Below, piece by piece: positions 39,808 through 52,925 of a DNA stretch of 64,000 bases (position 1 is its first letter; every line of letters begins with the position of its first letter). This stretch comes from Daphnia carinata (Eukaryota), in the NCBI RefSeq assembly GCF_022539665.2, contig NC_081331.1, positions 14,074,001 to 14,138,000 on the forward strand, given 5' to 3'. The notes beneath the pieces are model-generated. The model was not told the origin of the DNA, ran no database searches, and saw only the letters and a list, made by a program, of their open reading frames with translations. The position numbers and the translations under genes were made by a program.

Positions 39808-39848
39808 AAAAATAAGCCCGAAAAAATAAGCCCGAAAAAATAAGCCCA
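39808..39848. repeat. Short tandem repeat (AAAAAATAAGCCCG) x3
   Basis: Seen directly; the paralogous segment near 44320 has only one partial unit. Confidence 0.85.
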
Positions 39849-39982
39849 GAAAAAACGCGTCTATATCAAAACGATTCAGTAGACCCTTTGGTAAGTTGAT
39901 TGCATTTATATTTACATCACCTATACAATATCGAGCTATAAATTAGGGGACACATTTTGAACACTTAATCAAGTCTAGAAAA

Positions 39983-40220
39983 TCTAATAAATCTTGTAGC
40001 CCTTTCCGTTGAAGGTGATGTGGACGGAGGCACGGGATCACCGTTAGGCTGGAATCCATCATAATCGGTGGTTCAAGTCAACATGAATTTCTGATATTCA
40101 CGAGAAATCCAGTTAGAAGATCGCGTGTTAGTGTACGATTCTTTTCCATAAGTGCTGTAGGCGACTCCTGGCATTTTCTTTTGGATGCTGTCCCTAACGA
40201 TTGATCGTATACTATACAAG
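39983..40220 (-). pseudogene. Degenerate cuticular protein last-exon relic
   Basis: Ends like ...FNGKGYKIY*; has deletions and stops relative to the intact CPR exon 3. Confidence 0.75.
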
Positions 40221-40389
40221 CTGGTCAAGGATGGACTAAAAGCATCAATCCTATATACAATTATTTTTAGAGGGTTTACTAGAAAACTTGTTTAGGCCAC
40301 TGCTTTTTCCTTTCGTGTAAAAATGTACGTCTACCTTTGCTTGGCCTCCATCATCTTTGACCGAGGCTCCAAGTGTAGCTCTGAACACA

Positions 40390-40850
40390 CGTATGAACGC
40401 ACGTAGTTAAGTAAGTTGTAAATCGACGCATTTAAATATGCAAAGCGGTATTATAAACAATTTGTAAAAACAAAAATTGCTGAAACGTTTTCGGCACGAA
40501 GTCAAGAGCACAAATGAAAACTCTAACCAATAACTTAGAGAAGCTCTTAATATATCATTCTGACTTCTTCATTCGTGCGTTTATTCAACAGGCAGTATAC
40601 AGTGGTTAAACATGTCATAAATTCAAAACAGCTAAACACGTTCTTTTGCTCTCGCCCTTGAAAATGTAAATCCCAATGTGCCGTTCACCATCTGCAACGT
40701 ACTAACCTCACACACTCCTAACGCTCAGATAGCGATAGCTTCGTCCAATACTTGAACAAACTTTCTTGGTTCGATGGCCTGGATAACCTTGTCAGACAGG
40801 TGAAACATCTGGTAGTACATGCCGTCGTTTCAGAAACGGTTGATGCGTGA
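40390..40850 (+). pseudogene. Degenerate distant paralog of family X (X' relic)
   Basis: Frameshifted translation LALENVNPNVPFTI..TPNA../SFVQYLNKLSW resembles the family-X C-terminus IALNAVNPNNP..FPVT..MPNA..SFIPYLNSL. Confidence 0.5.
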
Positions 40851-41496
40851 AAAAGAACCTGATGTTGGCTGTCATGGCATTTACGATATCGCATAATATA
40901 ATTCTGATTCCAGTGGAAGGGATTGTACAGTTCTCCTACCGATTCCCTTGTAAGTTACAAGAGATGTTGTTCGTAACTGAAAACCTGTAATATCTCAACA
41001 ATTCTTGCCACTTGTTAAAGTCAAAGCGCCCATAGCATTCATAAAGCTAAGGGATGGAACAAGTGAAATGCTCTACAACTAACCATAACCTGTAAATAAA
41101 ATGCGCCTTAAAACGAGTTTACCTGGCAGTTGAGGTGTTTTCCGCGTTGGTCCGGTATAGACAAAACTGGGAAGATTTAACTCTCATTCGACGACCGCTA
41201 ACCAAGTTTGTAAAATAGATTTTTAAATAGCACTTGTCTAGTTCGGTAGTGCTACACAGTGAATAAAAAAAACCAGTTCCGTAACCTTCATCGTCTCTCT
41301 TTGGGCGAGGAAAGAAGACGGTGGAGATGTATACATGTAGAATCCTATTGCCGGAGAATGAATTTTTTGTGCCCATCTTGCCTTTCATTTTCTCGGTGTA
41401 TAAAAACCCGAAGACGTCGACCTTTTGATGTCTAGTGTTCAACGAGCAGCCTCCAAGTTATTCTAAACAGCAATTTATTTTTTATTTATTATCACC

Positions 41497-42410
41497 ATGA
41501 ATTTTTCGGTAAATATATTGCAATTTAAAACAATTAACAAAAAGCTAAATATACAGTATGCACATGTTTGATAACGTGGAATGATTGATCATTTGAATAG
41601 GTCGTCCTTTTTTCAATGGTCGCCACTGCACTAGCAGCATCTATCCCTCTTGAGACTTCTACTGTCGTTCGTGAGCCATCGTTGACCACTTCAGTTCTAG
41701 TTAATGCGGGAGACAAGCAAAATCGAAATAACGAAGCGGGCAGTTTTCTCATCGAAAACATGAATTATTTGTATCAACAGTGTAATAGCATTAAAAATGA
41801 AATTATCAATAATTATATAGAGTGCATCCGCGATCCCAGTACTTGTCCGTCTGCCGTTATTCGTTCAGTTGATGCGGGCGACAGACAAAGTCGAAATTTC
41901 AACGCGTTTACTATTCTCACCCTGAGCTTAACTTTATTGACTAAACAGTGTTCTTGGGTTAAAAAACAAATAATCTTTGTTTATTCAAAATGCCTCTTCG
42001 ACCCCAATGTTTGTTCGGAACCCGCCGTTAGTTCGGGAAACTTAGCCGCAATACTTGATGGTTTGGGCAGCGTATTAGAAAAGTTCACACTTCGTGATAT
42101 CTCACAGTCCAATGATTTTGAAGAAACTTTTATGTTTCCACCGGCATCCACCATTGTCCTAAATGCTGTAAATCCTAATAATCGAAAACATTCGTTTCCC
42201 GTCACTGTCCCAACTTTTTGGAATCCCAACGTCAATATTCCGCTCTTTGCCTTTCATAACCAGATGCCCAACGCGGCCTACTCATCTGCTAGTTTTATCC
42301 CATATTTAAACAGCCTCACCGCGTACAGCGATCCTTCATTTACGAACACCTTGGCCCAGAACTCCAAAGGGTTTGTTCCAGCTGGCACCTTATTGGAGAC
42401 AACACCTTAG
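41497..42410 (+). CDS. Uncharacterised secreted protein, family X member 1 (two Cys modules)
   Basis: join(41497..41508,41601..42410); TATAAAAA at 41399; signal MNFSVVLFSMVATALA; internal duplication of about 56 aa. Confidence 0.85.
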
Positions 42411-42890
42411 TGAGTGAATTAGGTCTACCACATAACTAAACCATATGGTTTTTCCCCCTTGCATACCTCCTCCATAATCTAGCTTTCGAAATACAACTTT
42501 GAATCACAGTAACATTCGCCGTCAAAATATCAGAATTGATAATGAGACGGTGTACTGGAATAACTCTACTTCTTATCCTGTAGCAGCTGACTAAAATCAT
42601 TCGTCAGATCGAGAATCGTTAAAGCTATGGAGTTAGGGAAAAGGTAAGCCACGACTTGTAACTAGTAAAACATTTGAATACATTTTCCATCAATGAAAAC
42701 TAGCACAACATGAAATGCTGATTCAGTTCCCGGAACTTTTGATTCAAATTGGACGCAAATCTTCCATACTTGTCGAAATGATTTGAAACACATTTTGGTA
42801 CGTTGCTTGCATTTATATTTACACCGCCCATTCGACGTCGAGGTATAAATTATATGACATATCTTAAACATTGAATCAAGTGTAGAAAAC

Positions 42891-43617
42891 CTAATAGATC
42901 TTGTAGCCCTTTCCGTTGAAGGGGATGTGGACAGGGGCGACGGGGAGCTCGTATTCATGGACGGGGGCGACGGGCAAGTGGTCACCTTTGGGTTGGAAAC
43001 CGGCTTCATCAGCGGCCCAGGTGAGAGTGAATTTCTGGCCTTCAGGTGAAACCCAGTAAGAGGATCCCTTGTTGGTGTTGCCTAGGACTTCACCGTACGA
43101 TTGTTTGCCGTAAGAATCGTAGGTGACTCCTTGCATCTTCTTCTGGACCTGAGACTCCTCACGGGTGGTGTAGTCTGACTGGGCATAGCTGTGGTTGACA
43201 GAATTTATCATTTTTTTTAATATGAATATCTTTAATTTATAAATTAACGACTATAATGAATGGAGTTCATTTACCTCCACTGGCTGCTGCCATCGAGGTT
43301 GCGGACGTCAGATTGGCTGACGATGGTGATCACAGCGTATTTGTTATCCTTGTTGTAGCTTGGTGCGGGGTAGGCTGCTGCGGGGTACGCTGGTGTAGAG
43401 TAGCTCGGGGCAGAGTAGCTAGGAGAAGGATAACTTGGTTCAGGGTAGCTGGGAGCTTTGTATTCCGGCTTGTAGCTGGAAGGAGCGGCGGCAGCGATGG
43501 CCAAGAAAGCGGCGACAAAGAACTGGCGAAGAAATATTTCAAAGAATTTTTAAAATCTAAAACTTTTTTCGGACAAAGTGAGAAAAAACAAGTGAAACAA
43601 AGTCTTACGAGCTGCAT
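42891..43617 (-). CDS. Cuticular protein with Rebers-Riddiford chitin-binding domain (RR-1-like), CPR-1
   Basis: 3 exons (MQL / signal + YxAPSY repeats / GSSYWVSPEGQKFTLTWAADEAGFQPKGDHLP); TATATAAG at 43673-43680. Confidence 0.92.
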
Positions 43618-44442
43618 GTTGCACTAGGTTGATTTGATAAATAACTGACGATTTTAGTCTTCCCTTTCTTGGCTTATATAGTCGAGAGAATGGTAAGTTA
43701 CATTCAGCTGACCTAGTTTTTGGTAGCTATTTTTCGTTGAAACAACATAACTCTGGGCGTTGTATAAAAATGCCGTCCTCTCACTTTCCGCAGTAGCCGT
43801 TTTACACATTCTTTTTCCTTGGTTGTATAGGATGTTTGATTTCGTCGATTTTTTTTTCCTGTGTATGGCCAAGCTTCGATTGAATTAATATGGATAATTT
43901 TAACTTATAAGATATCTTTTTCTTGTAAGCATTTCACCACATATACCAGTCCGACCAATATAATATCAGCTTGTTAGGCTATATTTGTTATTAATATCTG
44001 TCTAACATTAATACAGATGAACGTCTCAGAATGAACGTGTTTGTTTGATCTGTTTTCAAACCTTGTCTCTTCTATCTTCCAGAAGTCAATGAATCTTTAT
44101 TGCGTGATGTCAGGCGGCTGAATATTTTGTTATTATTGAAAAAAAGCACCAGAGAACACAACTACATCCAGAACAATAGATTCCGTTTGTTTTCAAAATC
44201 TACATGATCAACAGAAAAACCAATGGTTCTATCGATATTGGCGTTCACATTTGGCTGAAACACATTAGCTTTTATCAATTCAAATAAAAAATTTTATAAT
44301 TTCCGCGAAAAATTTGTTTAAAAATAAGCGTCTATATCAAAACCGTTGTAAGTTGATTGCATTTACATTTACATCACCTATACAATATCGAGCTATAAAT
44401 TAGGGGACACATTTTGAATACTTAATCAAGTGTAGACAATCT

Positions 44443-44700
44443 AATAAATCTTGTAGCCCTTTCCGTTGAAGGTGATGTGGACGGAGGCGCGGGATCACCG
44501 TTAGGCTGGAATCCATCATAATCGGTGGTTCAAGTCAACTTGAATTTCTGGTTTTCACGAGAAATCCAGTTAGTAGATCGCTTGTTAGTGTTGCCAAAGG
44601 CTTTGCTGTACGACTATTTTCCACAAATGCTGTAGGTGACACCTGGCTTTTTCTTCTGGATGTTGTCCCTAACGATTGATGGCACTATTCAAGCCCATAG
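44443..44700 (-). pseudogene. Degenerate cuticular protein last-exon relic
   Basis: Paralogous to 39983-40220; disrupted R&R exon. Confidence 0.75.
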
Positions 44701-44859
44701 AGGGAGGACTAAAAGCATCAGTCCTTATACAATTATTTTTTTAGGGTTCACTAGAAAACTTGCTTAGGTCGCTGCCTTTTCCTTGCGTGTAAAAATGCAC
44801 GTCTACCTTTGCCTGGCCTTTAGCGTCTTTGACCGAGGCTCCAAATGTGGCTATGAACG

Positions 44860-46070
44860 CAGGTATGAACGCACGTAGTTAAGTAAGTTGTAAATCGACG
44901 TATTTTAATAAGCAAAGCGGCATTATAAATAATTTGTAAAAACGAAAATTGCCTGAGACGTTTTCGATACAAAGTCAAGAGCACAAATGAAAACGCTAAC
45001 CAATAACTTAGAGAGCTCTTAATATCTCATTCCGATTTCTTCATTAGTGCATTTATTCAACAGGCAGAGGCACAGTGGTTAAACATGTCGTGAATTCAAA
45101 ACAGCTAAACGCGTTCCTTTATTCTTGCCCTTGAAAATGTAAATCCCAATGTGCCCTTCACCATCTTCAACATACCAACATTAGACACTCCTAATGCTAA
45201 GATATCGGTAGCTTCGTCCAACACTTGAACAAAACTTTCTTGGTTCGGTGGTTATGCATAATTCTATTGAATTAATATTGATAACTTTTAATGGCAATTA
45301 TTTGTTATTTCATTATTTAAAATTTGTATTTAATTAGTTGCGACTGCTATCTCCTGTGCTGGAAGTGGCAATCGTTTCACACATGGAGGGCCACTATTTA
45401 GCTAAGGGAAACAAAGTTTCTTTACAGACTATATAAATATACGAAGCATGAAAAATTATGCTAATCTCTGTCTGCTAACCAAAACAGAACTTGTTTTCGG
45501 ACATCAAGTAGAAAAGCTGGTTGTTTGTTGAATTCTGGGATTGGTATTAGATGGTGACAAAACCTTGTGAAGGATGAACATCGGCATATTGTGTTTGATT
45601 GCTAGGGGCTATACTTGTCGAATACAATCACTGCATTTCAAAACCCATGGCCTGGAATGCTAACCAGAAAAGTTAACCACCAAAAGAACGGTGATGATCA
45701 CTTTCAAGAATACGTTAAGAAACAAAATGAAATAGAAAACACCACGCCCAAGCTGTTATCAGCTCGTTCTGACTTTTCGTATGTTTATCCAACAGACAAT
45801 AGCAAGTGAGGTGCGACATTCACAGTGGTTATGCATGTCGTGAATTCAAAACAGGTAATGTTTTCCTCTTGCCCTTGGCAATCGCAAATGCTGATGTGCC
45901 CTTCACCATCTGCAACATCACAACCTCAGCCACACCTAATGCTAAGATATCGATAGTTCCGTCCCACACTTGAACAAACTTTCTTGGTTCGTCGACCCGG
46001 GATAACCTTGTCAGGCATGTGAAATATCTGGTACTACATGCCATCGTTTCAAAAAACGGTTGACGCGTGA
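44860..46070 (+). pseudogene. Rearranged X' relic: two partial copies separated by a CPR-4-type promoter fragment (about 45260-45750)
   Basis: 45015-45250 is repeated at about 45750-45990; the intervening block aligns to about 54380-54822. Confidence 0.55.
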
Positions 46071-47011
46071 AAAAAAAACCTAATGTTGACCGACGTGGCA
46101 TATACGATGTTGTATAATATAATTCTGATTTCCAATGGAATTGATCGTCTATCTCGTACCAATTCTCTTATGGGTTATAAGAAGAGATGCTGTTCGTAAT
46201 TGAAAACCCGTAATATCTCAGCCATTTATTTCTTTGATTCTTTTTTTCTACTTGTTAATGTCAAAGCGGAAACGAATGAAGTGTAAGGCGTATTCATTAA
46301 AAATCACGAGTAGAACAATAAAGCTACTGAGCCATTTTTTCAAATGAACGTAGTGAGTCCAATGCCGCCAAGTTCAGAACCGACAGACGAGAGGCATGTA
46401 TCTTGTCATCGACCAGGTGTAAAACGAACAAATGTTCGTTTATCGGGAATAACTCGAAAGTCTATTGCGTTTAGGAAAATGCCATTAGTCTCTCGATTTC
46501 CAATGCTGCATAAATCTTTTTTAAGCTAACTGACGGATAGGTAGTATAGCATTAATAAAGTTAAGGAATTGGACAAGTGAAATGCCTTATGATTAACCTT
46601 AACTTACCAAAAATTGCGCATTGAAAACGAGTTTTCTTAGCAGTTAGGGGGGCTTTTTGTTTTGATCCGGTTTAGAAAATTCTAAGAAATTTACCTGTCA
46701 TTCGATGACCGTTAGGTTAGAAACATTGTAAGATGAATTTCAAATAGCAGGGATCTAATTTGGCACTGTCAAGCAATGAACCCGAAAATCCAGTTCACTA
46801 GCGTTCATCGTCTTCCTTTAGGCGAGGAAAGAAGACGGAGGAGGTGTATACATGTACAATCCTATCAGCTGGGAATCAATTGTTTATGCAGATCTTGTCT
46901 TCCATTTTCTCGGTGTATAAAAACCCGAAGATGTCGATCTCTTGGTATCTAGTGTTCAACGAACAGTTTTTTCGAGTAGTCTTAACTGTTAGTCTTTAAC
47001 TTATTATCATC

Positions 47012-47749
47012 ATGAATTTTTCGGTAAATATATTGCAATTTAAAACAATTAACAAGAAGCTAGACATATGCACATGTTTGATAACGTGGAATTATCGTTC
47101 ATTTGAATAGGTCATTCTTTTTTCAATGATCGCCACTGCGCTAGCAGCATCTATCCCTCTTGAGACATCTACTGCCGCTCGTGAGCCATCGCTGACCGAT
47201 TCAGTTCCAGTAGCATCGGGCGACAAACAAAGTCGAGAATTGAATGCCTTGGTTGGATTGTTCGAAAGCTTGAATACTCTGAATAATGAGTATTTGTCAG
47301 CTAAGCTAGAAATGATCGCTGCGTATGTACGGTGCGTCATCGATTCCAGTACTTGTTCAGAGGAAACATCCGCCATGGTACACCAACAAACAAAAGGTTT
47401 GTACAGCGTATTGCAAAATTTCACAGTTCGTGATATCTTACAGATCAATGATTTTGCAGAAAAATTTGTGTTTCCGCCAGCATCCGCCATTGCCCTAAAT
47501 GCTGTAAACCCAAATAATCCAAAGCATCCGTTTCCCGTCACTGTTCCTGCTTTTTGGAACCCAAACGTCAATGTTCCGCTCGTTGCCTTTCATAACGAGA
47601 TGCCCAACGTGGCCTACTCATCTGCTCCTAGTTTCATCCCATATTTAAACAGCCTCGCCGCGTACAGCGATCCTTCGTTTACGACGATCTTAGCCCAGCA
47701 TGCCAAAGGGCTCGTTCCAGCCGGCACCTTTTTGAAAACAACCCCTTAG
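47012..47749 (+). CDS. Uncharacterised secreted protein, family X member 2 (one Cys module)
   Basis: join(47012..47023,47111..47749); TATA at 46916; signal and C-terminal about 95 aa are highly similar to member 1. Confidence 0.85.
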
Positions 47750-48160
47750 TGAGTAAATACATGTTCTACCACATAAATAACCCATGTAGTTTTCCCCTCT
47801 TGCATACCTGCTCCATAATTTGATTTATGAAATACAATTTTAACTCACAGTAATATTCGCCATCAATACATCAGCATTGGCAAAGAGGTGGTTTACTGAA
47901 ATAATGGATGGGGAAAAGGAAAACCACGGCTTGCTACTAGCAAACCATTTAAATACATTTTCCATCCATGAAAACTTGCACAGATTCAGTTCCCGGAATT
48001 TTTTTTATTTTAAAAATTGAACGCAAATCTTCCATACTTGTCGAAATGAATCGGAACACATTTTGGTAAATTGCTTGCATTTATATTTAAACCACTCACG
48101 CCATATCGAGGTAAATAAATTATGTGACATATCTTAAAGATTGAATCAAGTGTAGGAAAT

Positions 48161-48881
48161 TTAATAGATCTTGTAGCCCTTTCCGTTGAAGGGGATGTGG
48201 ACAGGGGCGACGGGGAGCTCGTATTCATGGACGGGGGCGACGGGCAAGTGGTCACCTTTGGGTTGGAAACCGGCTTCATCAGCGGCCCAGGTGAGAGTGA
48301 ATTTCTGGCCTTCAGGGGAAACCCAGTAAGAGGATCCCTTGTTTGTGTTGCCTAGGACTTCACCGTACGATTGTTTGCCGTAAGAATCGTAGGTGACTCC
48401 TTGCATCTTCTTCTGGACCTGAGACTCCTCACGGGTGGTGTAGTCTGACTGGGCAAAGCTGTGTGTTGAAAGAATTATCATTCTCTTATATGAATACTTT
48501 TAATTCAGAAACTAACGCTTGTAATGAATGGAATTCAATTACCTCCACTGGCTGCTGCCATCGAGATTGCGGACATCAGACTGGCTGACGATGGTAATGT
48601 CAGCGTATTTGTTATCCTTGTTGTAGCTTGGTGCGGGGTAGGCTGCTGTGGGATACGCTGGTGTGGAGTAGCTAGGGGCAGAGTAGCTAGAAGTAGGATA
48701 GCTTGGTTCAGGGTAGCTAGGAGCTTTGTATTCCGGCTTGTAGCTGGAAGGAGCGGCGGCAGCGATGGCCAAGAAAGCGGCGACGACGAACTGTCGAAGA
48801 CATATTTCAAGGAATTTTTTTAATCAAAAACTTTTTTCAGACAAAGCCAGAACAATTGAAACAAAGTCTTACGAGCTTCAT
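48161..48881 (-). CDS. Cuticular protein RR-1-like, CPR-2
   Basis: Same 3-exon structure and near-identical R&R exon as CPR-1. Confidence 0.92.
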
Positions 48882-49472
48882 GTTGTACTAGGTTGATTCG
48901 ATAAACAACTGATGATTTTGGCCTTCCCTTCCCTGGCTTATATAGTAGAGTGAATGGTAAGTTTCATTCAACTGACCTAGTTTTTTGGCAGCTATTTTCC
49001 GTTCAAACAACATAACTCTGGGCGTTGCATAAAAATGCCGTCCTCTCACTTTCCACAATAGCCATATTGCAAATTCTTTTTCTTGGCTGTAGTATGTTTT
49101 ATTTTTCGTTGATTTCTTTTCCTTTGCATGCTAGCCCCAACAGAACTTGTTTTTGGAAATAAAGTAGAAAAGCTGGGGGTTTTTTTGCATTCTGGGATCG
49201 TCATTAGACGGTGACAAAATTTTGTGAAGGATAAACATCGGCATCTTGTCTTTGATTGCTAGGTCTACTTGTCGAATGCAGTCACTGCATTTCAAAAGCC
49301 ATGGTTTGGAATGCTAACCAGAAAAGTTAACCACCAAAGGACGGTGATGATCACTTTCAAAAGTAGGCCAAGAAACAAAATGAAATAGAAAACGCCACGC
49401 CCAGTAGTCGGAGGTCACATGCCCGAAGGTAACGGAAGACATCAGTTATTCAATTCTTCAACAACAATCAAC

Positions 49473-49854
49473 ATGAAACTAGCAAACAGCATTGCTTTTG
49501 ATTCTATTGGTTTGCAATTTCTTTGTATTCTTTTTTTTATTTCGTTTTCCCTTACGTACCTCGTCATCGTCGCTTTCTTGGCCGTCGCTGCCGCTGCGCC
49601 TTTGAAGCCTTTCGAGAGCAGATCCAATGAATTATTCGGCTGTTGGTTCTCCAGTGGAATACAACAACTGCCAATCGGAAGAATTAAAAACAAAAATGGC
49701 AAACAAAATCGCTGACAACCCGGAAGAAGAGCCATCGCAAATGTCTCCGGCTGTCAATCCACCTTCCGGCTTTGATTTCGACATTGTGTTCCACTTCGTC
49801 AGACCCATGATGATGAACAACGAAGAGTACGACGATAGCCCGCTGGAGACGAGG
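49473..49854 (+). pseudogene. Chimeric relic: CPR-4-type 5' end fused to a fragment of HGHG paralog 1
   Basis: ATG AAA CTA, mutated splice sites (GC donor; TAC in place of TAG acceptor), CPR signal exon, then 49614-49854 aligning to 35911-36154. Confidence 0.85.
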
Positions 49855-50123
49855 GCATGGCCCACTTCTGGGTATTGAGGAAAATCAATATTTTTATCGG
49901 TATTGACGGTCAGATTTGGCTTTAACACACAAGCACGTAAGCCCGATCAAATGCTGCTCCCGAAATGTTTGATGTTTCACACTGAACGCATGTCCTCTAT
50001 ACTTGTCAAAATGATTCAGTAGACCCTTTGATATGTTGATTGCATTTATATTTACACCACCTACACGATATGTAGGTATAAATTATGGAACACATTTTAA
50101 AGATTGAATCAAGTGTAGGAAAT

Positions 50124-50405
50124 CTGATAGATCTTGTAGCCCTTTCCATTGAAGGGAATGTGGACAGGGTCGCATTCATGGACGGGAGCGACGGGCAAGT
50201 AATCAACTATGAGCGGGCATGCAGCATCATCAGTGCTCCAAGTCAACTTGACTTTCTGGTTTTCAGGAGAAACCCAGGTAGAAGATCGCTTGTTGGTGTT
50301 GCCGAGGGATTCATCGTACGATTGTTTTTCGTAAGAGTCCTAGGTGACTGCTGGCATTTTCTTCTGAACGTTATCCCCATAAACCAATGACCTTACTGTA
50401 TAAGC
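50124..50405 (-). pseudogene. Degenerate cuticular protein last-exon relic
   Basis: Retains HLPVAPVHE-like and FNGKGYKIY remnants with frameshifts. Confidence 0.75.
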
Positions 50406-50569
50406 TGCTAAAGGAAGGACTTAAACCATCAGTTGTTAGACAGTTTTTATACAGATGGTTCATCAAGAAACTTGTTCAGGCACTGACTTTTATGTCTTAC
50501 GTGTAACAATGCACATCTACCCTTGTCTGGCCTCCAGCAGTATCTTTGGACGAGGCTCCAAGTGTGGCT

Positions 50570-51253
50570 ATGAAGATCGTGGGTAAGTAAGCTGAAAATT
50601 TACGCACTTCAGTAAGCAAACCGGTATTATGAACAATTTATAAAAACAAAAAATTGTCTGAAACGTTTTCAGCAGGATTTTGCTATTGATCGCTGCTACA
50701 ATGGCAGCACCCATTTCCCTTAAACTTACGGCCAGTTATCTTCGACCATCGGAGAAACAATTCGTATCAGTGCAAATGTCTGGGACAAAATTTGGATTAA
50801 TTTTCAAATCCACATTAAAGAAAGGTTTCGTTCTTTGTCTTTTTAATGCCGACCATTGTCTGTTTCCTTGCACGCGTTCGGATAAGTCAAGAGCAAAAAT
50901 GAAAATGCTAAGCAAGGTTAACTTAGAGAAGCTCTTAGCAGCTCGTTCTGATTTTTCCATTCGTATGTTTATGCGACAGACAGTAGCAAGTGACGTGCGG
51001 CATTCACAGTGGTTGTGCATGTTGGGAATTTAAAACAGGTAATGTTTTCCTCTTGCCCTTGGAAATCGCAAATGCTAATGTGCCGTTCACCATCTGTAAC
51101 ATCACGACCTCAGCCACACCCAATGCTAAGATATCGATAGTTCCGTCCCACACTTGAACAAATATTCCTGGTTCGTCGACCTGGGATAACCTTCTCAGGC
51201 ATGTGAAACATCTGATGCCCCATGCCATCGTTTCAGAAACGGTTGACGGGTGA
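50570..51253 (+). pseudogene. Most complete X' relic (distant family-X paralog)
   Basis: ATG micro-exon at 50570, then LLLIAATMAAPISL..SEKQ..VLCLFNADHC..FSIR, parallel to family X (ATALAASIPL..DKQ..KCLFDPNVC..FTLR). Stop at 51033 and frameshifts in the C-terminal part. Confidence 0.55.
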
Positions 51254-52193
51254 AAAAGAACCTGATGTTGATCGTCGTGGCATATACAATGTTGTTTAAT
51301 ATAATTCTGATTCCAATGGAATTGATCGTCTATCTCGTACCAATTCTCTTATAGGTTACAAGAAGAAATGCTGTTCGTTACGAAAAACCCGTAATATCAC
51401 AATGATTTATTTCTTTGATTCATTTTTTCTACTCATTAATGTCAAAGCGTAAAGGAATGAAGTGCAAGGCGTATTCGTTAAAAATCATGAATAGAACAAT
51501 AAAGCAGCTGAGCCATTTTTTCAAATGAACGTAATGAGTAAAATGCCGCCAAGTTCAGAGCCCACAGACGAGAAGCATGTATCTTGTCATCGACCAGGTG
51601 TAAAAAAAAAAAGTTTTTTTATTGGGCAACTCGAAAGTCTATTGCTTTTAGGAAAATGTTGTTAGTCTCCCCATTTCCAATGCTGCCTAAATCTTTTTAA
51701 GCTAACTGATGGATAGGTAGCATAGCATTAATAAAGCTAAGCAATGGGACAAGTGAAATGCATTATGATTAACCTCAACTTGCCAAAAACCACGCTTTTA
51801 AAACGAGTTTTCTTAGCAATGGAGATGCTTTTGTGTTGATTCGGTTTTGACAATTCTAAAAAAATTTACCTCGATTTCGACCTGACCAGTCGCTTAGCAA
51901 CTTTGTAAGAGGATTTTCAAATAGCAGGGATCTAATTTGGTAGTGTCAGGCAATGAACCCGAAAACCCAGTTCAGTAGCGTTCATCGTCTTCCTTTGGGC
52001 GAGGAAAGAAGACGGAGGAGGTGTATACATGCAAAATCCTATTCGCTGAGAATCAATTATTTATGCAAATCTTGCCTTTCATTTACTGGGTGTACAAAAA
52101 CCCGAAGATGTCGACCTCTTGATATCTAGTGTTCAACGAACAGTGGTTCGACTAGTCCAAACTCCAAACAACAACAAGGCACTTATTATCATC

Positions 52194-52925
52194 ATGAATT
52201 TTTCGGTATATTGCTACTTAATACAATTAAGAAAAAGCTAGATGTACGCATATATTTGATAACGTGGAATTATTGTTCATTTGAATAGGTCGTTCTTTTT
52301 TCAATGATCGCCACTGCGCTAGCAGCATCTATCCCTCTTGACACAACCACTGCAGCTCGTGAGCCATCGCTGACCGATTCAGTTGCAGTTGCTTCGGACG
52401 ACAAACAAAGTCGAAGTGTCGATGTCTTCATTCAATTCGTCCAAGCCCTGAATGAACTGAATAAAGAATATGTTTGAGTTAAGCAAGACCTCATCGCTGC
52501 GTATGTAGCGTGCGTCATGGATTCCAGTGCTTGTTCAGATAGTCAACCCCTCCCTGAAGGACTAGTAAAAGGTTTGGGCAGCAAATTGAAAAAATTTCAC
52601 AGTTCGCGATATCTCACAGATCAATGGTTTTGATGAAAAATTTGTGTTGCCGCCAGCATCCACCATTGCCCTAAATGCTGTAAACCCAAATAATCCAAAG
52701 CATTCGTTTCCCGTCACTATCCCTACTTTTTGGAACGCCAACGTCAATGTTCCGCTCGTTGCCTTTCTTAACGAGATGCCCAACGCGGCCTACTCATCTG
52801 CTCCTAGTTTTGTCTCATATTTAAACAACCTCGCCACATACAGCGATCCTTCGCTTAGGAACATCTTAGCTCAGCACGGCAACGGGTTCGTTCCAGTCGG
52901 CACCTTTTTGAAAACAACTCCTTAG
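52194..52925 (+). pseudogene. Family X member 3, disrupted
   Basis: In-frame TGA at 52475-52477, +1 frameshift in the A-run near 52590, TATA changed to TACA at 52093. Confidence 0.85.

Noticed and set aside
45829..46101. Minus-strand ORF repeated at 51004-51228 (..QVWDGTIDILALGVAEVV..)
   Set aside because: The copy near 40700 has stops; the block is better explained as a plus-strand X' relic.
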